A stretch of 23,539 nt of DNA from Acaryochloridaceae cyanobacterium VAR_48_metabat_390 (GTDB lineage: Bacteria > Cyanobacteriota > Cyanobacteriia > Thermosynechococcales > Thermosynechococcaceae). Under the pieces are notes generated by a model, which saw only the letters and a list, made by a program, of their open reading frames with translations, did not search any database and was not told the DNA's origin. The stretch is taken from positions 1 to 23,539 of the forward strand of contig JANPLU010000059.1 of assembly GCA_031422435.1 (NCBI GenBank). Reading direction: 5' to 3'. The translations under genes and the position numbers were made by a program. Below are positions 17,029 through 23,539 of the stretch, in pieces (the first letter of the stretch is position 1; each line of letters begins with the position of its first letter).

Positions 17029-17345
17029 TGTCATTTGTCCTTGTGCAAAGTTTTTAGTTCTCAAGGGCATCTTCGAGGTTTGGCATAACTTGAGGGAGAG
17101 TTATGTCAGAAACCATAAGCCTCTCAGGTAAAAACTCATGGTGTATATCTAAGCACCAGCTCTGAAGATCGCAAGCGATGCCATTCTCAACCCCAACAAT
17201 CACATTGGTATAGTTGAGGCCATGCCCCTGCACGATCCCACTGAGAGGGAACCACAGCAGCATTGGAATGAGAATGATAGATTCCTATGATATCCCAACC
17301 CTTCCTACGCGCGTGTTGCTGGACATAATGCTGAAACAACCGAAT

Positions 17346-18059
17346 TCAAAGCTCCATTTTGAGATGAGTCACATCATTAAAGCGGTAGATTTTCCACAAT
17401 AGCGCGTTGTATCGGTTTTGGTCGGCGGTATTCCAGCGATTAAGATCTAGCTCAAACTCAAACACTGCTGTGGGTGGAATAGAAAGACCCCAGGTGCGAT
17501 CGCTCCCCAAAATAGCCGCGATTAAATACTGCAAAAAACCACCGTGAGTAATCACCCAGAGCCGATCTTCATTTTGATGCTGGATTGTCATGGTCTGGAT
17601 AAACTGCTGAGCGCGATCTCGAGCCGCCTTCAAACTTTCTGCCCCTGGAATCGGAATCCAGTCTGAAGAAGCCATTAGTGCCGCACTGAGATCGGGGTAT
17701 TGCTCTTGAACCTCAGTCCAGGTCAATCCTTCCAAAACGCCATTTTTAATCTCTTGTAAATCAGGGTAAAGCATGACGGATGCCGTAACCTCACGCTTTG
17801 CCCAGTACTCTCGTAAGATGTCGGCAGTATGTACGGCTCTTTGAAGGCTGCTGGTATAGATGTGGGTGGGTTTCCAAGCATTCTCTGCTAATGACTGACC
17901 TAAGGCGTGAGCCTGCTCTATGCCTTGATCTGACAGCGCATAGTCAACCCGTCCCTGAATGCGGTATTCTCGGTTACCCAACGATTCTGCATGACGAACC
18001 ATTAAAACGTTCATTACATTGCGGTTTAGCGGTTTAGCGTGTTTTAACTCTACTACCAT
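17346..18059 (-). CDS. Histidine phosphatase (phosphoglycerate mutase-like) family protein
   Basis: VRHAES.GN, SSLQRAVHTA, LQEI..G..EG, GAES and ITHGG. Start may be ATG 18014. Confidence 0.88.
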   Translation of the reverse strand: MVVELKHAKPLNRNVMNVLMVRHAESLGNREYRIQGRVDYALSDQGIEQAHALGQSLAENAWKPTHIYTSSLQRAVHTADILREYWAKREVTASVMLYPDLQEIKNGVLEGLTWTEVQEQYPDLSAALMASSDWIPIPGAESLKAARDRAQQFIQTMTIQHQNEDRLWVITHGGFLQYLIAAILGSDRTWGLSIPPTAVFEFELDLNRWNTADQNRYNALLWKIYRFNDVTHLKMEL

Positions 18060-18336
18060 GACTTTAAACTTTTTATTAGGTCTTTTTACCGCCCAATCCT
18101 TTGCCCCTTTCGTTCGATAAATCTCTCATCGGGTGGACAAAGCGGAGCCATTCTTTCTAGAATTTGGCAAATCAATGTTCTGCAGTCATACGGTACAGTA
18201 CAAAGAACTTGACAAAAACTTTGCCCAAACGCTTGAGATTAAAAGTAGAGTGCTGCTACGCTCTTGAGCTATATCAAGGTTCTTGCTTTAACGCATGAAG
18301 CATTTCCTCCCTAAAGACAACTATCAGAGTGCAATT

Positions 18337-18798
18337 ATGAATACCGAACTTGAACCCATCCTCAAAACGGCAGAAGACACTGCAACAGACGTCAGCACTC
18401 CGACCGCGTTAGACGTCAATGCAGACACGCCTGGCACCTTGCTTAAGATTGAAAGCCCAGATCAAACATTTGAAACCGCCGAATGGCAAGAACAGCTCGA
18501 AAAAGCACTTCAGTTTCTGGTGGTTTTTCCAGACTATTTTGGCAACGTTTTTGGTGAGTATCGCAAGCCCCTCACTACCGTAGGGCTAATTTTAGTGGCA
18601 GGCTTGGGCATTGCGGTTGCTGATGGCGTTTTAGCCCGTCTCAATGCCATTCCTTTATTTGCCCCTACTTTTGAACTGGTGGGGCTAGGCTTTACGGGCT
18701 GGTTTGTGGTGCGATACATGCTGTACGCCAATACGCGCAGTGAGCTACTGCAAGAATATGACCAAATCAAAGATCGCATTCTTGGCAAAGAAGGCTAG
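18337..18798 (+). CDS. curT: CAAD-domain protein, CurT/CURT1-like thylakoid curvature protein
   Basis: Acidic N-terminal region, then two TM helices with LNAIPL..P.FELVGLGFTGWFV.RY...R.EL. Start 18337 or 18295. Confidence 0.8.
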   Translation: MNTELEPILKTAEDTATDVSTPTALDVNADTPGTLLKIESPDQTFETAEWQEQLEKALQFLVVFPDYFGNVFGEYRKPLTTVGLILVAGLGIAVADGVLARLNAIPLFAPTFELVGLGFTGWFVVRYMLYANTRSELLQEYDQIKDRILGKEG

Positions 18799-18804
18799 AT
18801 AGCG

Positions 18805-19602
18805 CTACAAAGAGTCTGGCTCAACGCCAAGCGCCCGCAGTTGAGCCGCCAAGCGCTCGGCTCTCTGCTGCGCTTGGTCAGCTTTTTGCTGTGCTTGATC
18901 AATCTGCTGCTGCGCTTGATCAGCTTTCTGGCGTTCTTGGTTGGCGGCTTCTGCAAGGGTAGGAATCCAGTTGCCTGCGGCATCGTAGCAGCGCAGCCAA
19001 CTTCCCTGGGCATCGGCGTAGAACCCTTCCCATACGCCTAACCCTAGCTGTGCGTCTTCTAGCCACAGCTTTTGATCGGGTAGATCTAGTTCTGTATAGC
19101 GGGTAGCAACTAACTGAAAGGCGCGGAGTCGATGGGTGTATCGGTCAAAAATGACGTAGTAGGGAACCCGTAGAATCCGCTCGTACACTTCCCACTTGGT
19201 GGGGGGCTGATTGATTTCTCGTAGAGTTTGGCCAAGATCTTCAGATTCTGTGCCAGGGGAAAGCAGCTCGACGACGATGAAGGGGTTAACGCCTTCTTGC
19301 CACACGACATAGCTCCACCGCAGGTCTGTTTGCTGAGCAGCGCGGGGGATACCCAGGACGGCAAACCAATCTGGGCGCTTATGCCACTGCGTATGCCGAA
19401 CGTCGTAATAAAGGTTGATATCTGTGCCAATAAACGTTTCGTCGGGCGCGTAAACGCTTGACTGAAAGGTTTCTCGCAAAAACTGCGGCTGAAAGGCATG
19501 AAATTCGTCAGGCAAACCAGGTTCGTTTGGATCTTCACTGGGAAGATCATACATGGTTGGCAAGCCTGCTTGAGTGGGGCTGAGGGGATCAATTTGATAC
19601 AT
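18805..19602 (-). CDS. Uma2-family (PD-(D/E)xK-like) putative endonuclease with coiled-coil tail
   Basis: LPTMYDLPSEDP.EPGLPDEFH, RPDWF, PFIVVELLSPGT, K...YE.ILRVPYYVIFD; tail ending AERLAAQLRALGVEPD. ATG 19602 preferred over TTG 19614. Confidence 0.9.
   Translation of the reverse strand: MYQIDPLSPTQAGLPTMYDLPSEDPNEPGLPDEFHAFQPQFLRETFQSSVYAPDETFIGTDINLYYDVRHTQWHKRPDWFAVLGIPRAAQQTDLRWSYVVWQEGVNPFIVVELLSPGTESEDLGQTLREINQPPTKWEVYERILRVPYYVIFDRYTHRLRAFQLVATRYTELDLPDQKLWLEDAQLGLGVWEGFYADAQGSWLRCYDAAGNWIPTLAEAANQERQKADQAQQQIDQAQQKADQAQQRAERLAAQLRALGVEPDSL
18865..18927 (-). repeat. Three imperfect 21-nt tandem repeats encoding (K/Q)(A/I)DQAQQ heptads
   Basis: Plus-strand units: ctgctgcgcttggtcagcttt / ttgctgtgcttgatcaatctg / ctgctgcgcttgatcagcttt. 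Confidence 0.85.
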
Positions 19603-19662
19603 GGTCAAATCCAATCTGCGCTTAGCTTTAGGGTAGCGTATTCCTGTCGGTGGGCATATTGC

Positions 19663-20454
19663 CTAAGCGGAAGCGCCCACTCGCTTAAGCTGCCACAGAA
19701 TTTGATTGCCTTCTCGTCGCGCCCGTGAGATGTCCCAGTTGCGCCAGACCCACTGATCCCCTCGGCTGGTGACAGCGCTGGCGTGAATATCCATGAGGTC
19801 GGCAAGCTCAGCGCTGGTGATGAGGTAGCCCTGGGTGGCGATCGCATCCGCCAGTTCCAAAATCTCTAGCAAATCCCGCAGGTGCTGCGCCCGTAGGTCT
19901 AAGGATTTACTGTCGCCGCTGCTCAGATCTAAGGAGGTTTGGGGCGTATCGGTGGGTTCTGGCATGGGGGTATCAAGCTGCCTGAGAGAGAACGGTTGAC
20001 GCAGAGAAAAGGCACGGGCGATCGCATCGGCGCGTTCGTTGCCAGGGTGCCCCACATGGGCGCGGACGTAGTGCCATTGAATTTGATTGGAGTTCAGCGC
20101 ATCTAAAGCTTCCCAAAGATCTTGGTTTAAGACGGGCTTGCCCTGAGCCGTCTTCCAGCCGCGTTTTTTCCAGCTTGTCATCCACTTTGTAATGCCGTTT
20201 TTGACGTACTCGCTATCAGTATGGAGCGAGGCTTCTGGCGCAGCAAGGGGCAGGGTTTTAAGCGCCTTAAGCGCCTCAATCGAAGCCTGAAGCTCCATGC
20301 GATTGTTGGTACTTTGGGGGGCATGACCGCCTAATTCATGTTGGGAGCCATCCGTAAACTGAATGACTACGCCCCAGCCGCCAGGTCCAGGATTGCCGGA
20401 GCAGGCTCCATCGGTATAAATGGCCTTAATTGCGTTCGTCAACGTTACCACCAT
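19663..20454 (-). CDS. rnhA: Ribonuclease HI with C-terminal extension
   Basis: IYTDGACSGNPGPGGWG, TNNRMEL, TDSEYV..GIT.W...WK..GW, N.DLW, H.GHPGNERAD. ATG 20454 (or GTG 20451) overlaps the upstream gene's stop. Confidence 0.92.
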   Translation of the reverse strand: MVVTLTNAIKAIYTDGACSGNPGPGGWGVVIQFTDGSQHELGGHAPQSTNNRMELQASIEALKALKTLPLAAPEASLHTDSEYVKNGITKWMTSWKKRGWKTAQGKPVLNQDLWEALDALNSNQIQWHYVRAHVGHPGNERADAIARAFSLRQPFSLRQLDTPMPEPTDTPQTSLDLSSGDSKSLDLRAQHLRDLLEILELADAIATQGYLITSAELADLMDIHASAVTSRGDQWVWRNWDISRARREGNQILWQLKRVGASA

Positions 20455-20975
20455 CGCAACTGGGCATAGCCAAGCTGAGGCCGATTGAGTTCGTCTGGGG
20501 TCAGCCAATCGACGGCCTTATAGGTTCCAAACACGCGATCCCACCAGTCCACAGCAAGGCCAAAGTTATGATTCCACATGCCGTATTTATGGTGGACGTA
20601 GTGAACTGGCATCTTCATCCAGAAGCACTTGATGGGGTTCTCATGCTGGAGCTGATGGGCATAAGCCGAAAAGGCCGCAAACCCTATGCCGCCTAAAAAC
20701 CAGCCCCACCCCGCAGGCCAAGAAACGAAAAACATGATGGGCAGTAAAATTAAGCTGCCTAGCACGTAGTCTCGAAACTCCCACACAACGCCTTGCCCTT
20801 CGTTGCGGCGATGGTGGTCGCGGTGTTTTGCGCCAATGCGAGCAGAGACGTGCATGAGCCGATGAATCCAGTATTCAATCAGGCTTGCCAACACAAAGGC
20901 GGCGATAAAGAAAAGGATCGCAATACCCCACTGCTGTATCTCGCTATGAGAGATAAATTTATCGGTCATGGTCAT
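20445..20975 (-). CDS. Fatty-acid hydroxylase / sterol desaturase family membrane di-iron enzyme
   Basis: Four His boxes: EYWIHRLMH, HRDHH, HQLQH and HYVHH, followed by NFG....WDRVFGT. Confidence 0.88.
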   Translation of the reverse strand: MTMTDKFISHSEIQQWGIAILFFIAAFVLASLIEYWIHRLMHVSARIGAKHRDHHRRNEGQGVVWEFRDYVLGSLILLPIMFFVSWPAGWGWFLGGIGFAAFSAYAHQLQHENPIKCFWMKMPVHYVHHKYGMWNHNFGLAVDWWDRVFGTYKAVDWLTPDELNRPQLGYAQLRWW

Positions 20976-21185
20976 GGATGTGGCTCACTCTTACACATTC
21001 TCTAGGGCTAATATACCTTTTGCTTAGCAGGTTATGTCAGGAGGCAGCTTAAAGTGGAGCACTTTTGGGCACCGATTGCCTAACTGAAATGGCTGTAAAA
21101 CCGACTTTATCGACTGAAAGTCCAAATCCTTTCGGTAGAGGCTGTCCCGCCTTAAGTTAGGACTCTTTTTAGTCTTTCAGGAAAT

Positions 21186-22064
21186 CTAGTTTTGGGAGGA
21201 CTTCAAGTTCAATTCTTGAGTTCGATTGCTATCTAGCTTTATTTCCAGACTCTCTAACTCTGAAGAATATCCATTGATTTGCAAAGTATAGGTACCAGCC
21301 TCTAGACGTTCGAGATAATAAAATCCTGCATCATTTGTGACAGAAAAATGTTGTTTGCCAGACTGTTTTTTTGAGATTGCAACGATACTAGCACCAATCA
21401 TGGGTTCGCCTTTAGCATTCGTAACGGTTCCAGAAACGACATAGGAGGGTATCAGTGCGACTGGAACGGAGGTGTAGTTTCCTGCGGCAACTTCTACTGC
21501 GGCATCTTCTGTCGTTTGCCAGTCGGGGGGAAATCCGGAGGGGTCTAGGTCTAGTCGATAAACACCTGGCGTTAACCGAACGGCAATTCGAGTCGATTGA
21601 ATATCTGCCCGCAGTTGATTTAACGATTTGTTGTTAAGGGTATAGAGATTTGGTTCTGTATAAAAATCTTCATTGGCATTGCGGATTCCATCTCCATTTT
21701 TATCAAGGAAAGCTTTGAACAAAATACCGCCTTGGGTGCGGAAATAATCTGCCCTGCGATCGCCTGCATAGATACCACTCTGAAAGTTGAGGCTAGACAC
21801 AAGCTCGATTCTAAAGGCTGCTTCGTTGGAAAGGGTGGAAATGCCTTCATAGCTAACCCGCAGCAGCAAACTCGGAATAATAGCTGTTTGTAGGGACGCT
21901 AGGAGGCCAGATCCTTGAGAGCCGACCCCATAGCCAACCCTCGCATCCCATAAATAGTTGCCATCAATCCCTCGTTCTGGAGAGCGATAGCGCCAACTCA
22001 TAGTCAGTAGATCATCCTGGCGACTTGCAGTTTGGCGCTGAAGGTTGATATTAAGAGCGTGTCC
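21186..22064 (-). pseudogene. 3' remnant of a large outer-membrane or secreted protein (beta-strand region, SdrD-B-like domain, carboxypeptidase-regulatory-like domain; usher-like), truncated by the IS
   Basis: The open frame runs up to the IS inverted repeat, and the track's TTG start (22067) lies inside that repeat. Motifs FLDKNGDGIRNANE and VSGTVTNAKGEP..GA.I....TNDAGFYYLERL.AGTY. Confidence 0.75.
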
Positions 22065-22084
22065 CAATACTGTTCGGTTAAGCC
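22065..22084. repeat. IS terminal inverted repeat (downstream of the transposase)
   Basis: caatactgttcggttaagcc is the exact reverse complement of 23520-23539. Confidence 0.95.
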
Positions 22085-22254
22085 TTATGCTGTGCTGTGA
22101 ATAGCGAAAGTGCGTTTTTCAGCCTTATAACTACTTCCTCTATGGATTCTCTTCCTTGCTGGAAACTTCGCTCTTGTTTTCTTAACGACTCTTGGATTAC
22201 TTCTACCCTGCCTTGCCGGAATCTTGCAGTCTAAAATCTCTGCTACCAACCAGC

Positions 22255-23478
22255 TTAAAAAAGGGGTATTTCCCCTGGAGTTGATTGCTGAAATTGTGCC
22301 ATCGCTCGGCGCACCACCCTGAGTGTTCCTGTAAATCCTAATTGCAACGGTGATAAGCCTTGCTGCTGCGCCGCTTGAAACATCAAAGAGCGTACCGCCC
22401 AGTGCCCTAACAGCCAGCCATAGATTTCTTGAACTACTCCACGCGGGTATTTAGACCGGATGGGTGTTTTACGGCCATTGAGGTGGGTCTTAAACTCGTC
22501 GAGTGTATTTTCAACCTCCCACCTTTGATGATATTCCTGAGCCAGCAACAACGCCCCAAAAACAGTGATGTCCATTAAATCCGTGATTAATCGGTAGGTT
22601 TGTTCGACCCCTTTCTCTTCGATAGTGTATTCAATCACTCGAATGGGTATCCGCTCGGCTCCCTTTTTCTTCGATTTACGGTCTGGCGCTATCCAACTCA
22701 GAAAAGAGCCATCTTCAAAGCTTTTCACGACCTCAAACTTCACATTTTTAGGGACTCTGCCCAAAAAGTGACTGCCTTGCTCTTGAGTTCCCTTGACCAT
22801 TTTGAACGAATGTAGTCCTCTATCCCACATCAGCAACATGCCTGGTTCCACAGAACCCAGTAGCTTCAAAGCTTTTCTTCTCTCTCCCATTCGGTAAGGG
22901 CTTGATAAGGCATCCGTGATTAAATGGGTTCCCGCTTCTACCAGCAATACGAGTCGCGCTTTGGGAAAAGATGCTTCTGTTCCGGCTCTTCTACCGGGAT
23001 ATCCAAACACCCGTGCATTCTCATCTGTATCCGGTAGGTCAAAAGCCGTTCCATCCACTGCCATTAGACGCAAACCATTGAGGAATGCGCCAGGGGTCTG
23101 CTCGGTTGCCAATGGGCGCGCAACTAAATGGAATAACTGACTCATCACCTGAGGGCCAATCTGCTGGCGGGCTTCACTGATCGATGATTTGCTCGGCTTT
23201 TTCCAGCGTTGACTTAAACGAACCCATTGGGAACTCACACCATGCACTAAATTCGCAAGCACATCTTCGATTGAGTCCTTTGACCACAGGCTCATTGCAA
23301 TGATGAGCGCGACCACCAAGTGGGTCGGTAGCTTTCGATTCCGTTGGCGTTCGCTTTGAGTACTCTCAATTGCACTTGCAATGCTCTCACTTGGTATGGC
23401 AACGCTAATCGCTTGAAGAATCTCTTCAGGACTAATCTTTGGGGAAGTTAAGCTCAATTCTTTGAGTTGCACAGGCAC
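22255..23478 (-). CDS. IS4-family DDE transposase, 407 aa in frame 0; a further 57 aa in the -1 frame end at 22085
   Basis: N-terminal RNRKLP...SSISEARQQIG; AVDGT; WDRG; Y(2)R(3)E(6)K signature YHQRWEVENTLDEFK. Confidence 0.93.
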   Translation of the reverse strand: MPVQLKELSLTSPKISPEEILQAISVAIPSESIASAIESTQSERQRNRKLPTHLVVALIIAMSLWSKDSIEDVLANLVHGVSSQWVRLSQRWKKPSKSSISEARQQIGPQVMSQLFHLVARPLATEQTPGAFLNGLRLMAVDGTAFDLPDTDENARVFGYPGRRAGTEASFPKARLVLLVEAGTHLITDALSSPYRMGERRKALKLLGSVEPGMLLMWDRGLHSFKMVKGTQEQGSHFLGRVPKNVKFEVVKSFEDGSFLSWIAPDRKSKKKGAERIPIRVIEYTIEEKGVEQTYRLITDLMDITVFGALLLAQEYHQRWEVENTLDEFKTHLNGRKTPIRSKYPRGVVQEIYGWLLGHWAVRSLMFQAAQQQGLSPLQLGFTGTLRVVRRAMAQFQQSTPGEIPLF

Positions 23479-23519
23479 ATAGGTTTATCTGACGACAATT
23501 GCTAATTTACGCTGCTATG

Positions 23520-23539
23520 GGCTTAACCGAACAGTATTG
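23520..23539. repeat. IS terminal inverted repeat (upstream of the transposase)
   Basis: ggcttaaccgaacagtattg, forming the last 20 bases of the window. Confidence 0.95.

Larger units (their letters stand above)
1570..21763. repeat. Dispersed HIP1 octamers (GCGATCGC), at least 21 copies
   Basis: Seen at about 1570, 1719, 3043, 4339, 5559, 5596, 6908, 10813, 12717, 12835, 13718, 13817, 14458, 14698, 15699, 15730, 16014, 17496, 19838, 20018 and 21756. Fewer than one is expected by chance in 23.5 kb. Confidence 0.9.
22065..23539 (-). mobile_element. IS4-family insertion sequence, 1475 bp, apparently complete
   Basis: Perfect 20-bp terminal inverted repeats enclosing a DDE transposase. The target-site duplication cannot be seen because the window ends at the IR. 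Confidence 0.93.

Noticed and set aside
17091..17139. Resemblance to a glycine riboswitch (TGAG-GGAGAG...CTCTCAGGTAAAAACTCA)
   Set aside because: It is on the + strand, antisense to both flanking genes, and lacks the CCGAAG/P3a-b ligand-binding core. The GAGAG/CTCTC match is explained by a simple hairpin.
17054..17402. ORFs 17054-17263 (-) and 17214-17402 (+) in the moeB-phosphatase gap
   Set aside because: No recognisable family or clear RBS. A leader peptide cannot be fully excluded but is unsupported.
18245..18259. Possible NtcA site upstream of curT
   Set aside because: Spacing is GTA-N9-TAC rather than N8. The nearby TTGACA (18209) has no convincing -10 at 16-18 nt.
21051..21180. Short inverted repeats between the desaturase and the truncated gene (aaagtg-gag-cacttt; ctgaaag...ctttcag)
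   Set aside because: The arms are only 6-7 bp and imperfect, so they are compatible with chance. No MITE ends or TSD were recognised.
981..23140. Short alternative-frame and antisense ORFs in the track (e.g. 981-1259, 5487-5813, 6971-7411, 12325-12681, 19110-19592, 22600-22815)
   Set aside because: They overlap well-supported genes, show no recognisable motifs, and are expected shadow ORFs at about 50% GC.
1..23539. CRISPR arrays, tRNA/rRNA genes, prophage or defence systems
   Set aside because: No regularly spaced direct repeats, tRNA-like cloverleafs or phage/defence genes were seen. The lone Uma2 gene is a common cyanobacterial paralogue with no methylase or partner.

Overview
Cyanobacterial chromosomal segment, judged from at least 21 HIP1 octamers (GCGATCGC) and cyanobacteria-type ndhA/ndhI, CurT and PatA-like genes. 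In order: (1) a minus-strand housekeeping run, DUF3288-sixA-gltA-ndhA-ndhI(partial); (2) a divergent plus-strand chemosensory operon: PatA-like regulator, tandem CheW-CheW, an MCP with a PilJ/NarX-like sensor, hybrid CheA, and a CheB-type receiver that has no methylesterase domain, with no cheR; (3) nusB and a small secreted Cys-rich protein; (4) a four-gene putative iron acquisition and storage cluster behind Fur-like boxes: Tat-exported two-domain multicopper oxidase, HhH-domain lipoprotein, FTR1 permease and ferritin-like protein; (5) moeB, a histidine phosphatase, curT, a Uma2 protein, rnhA with a C-terminal extension and a fatty-acid hydroxylase/sterol desaturase; (6) the 3' remnant of a large usher-like/carboxypeptidase-regulatory-domain gene cut by a 1475-bp IS4-family element. 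The IS has perfect 20-bp terminal inverted repeats and its transposase C-terminus lies in the -1 frame. The window ends exactly at the IS end. All family calls come from reading motifs by eye; no database search was run.
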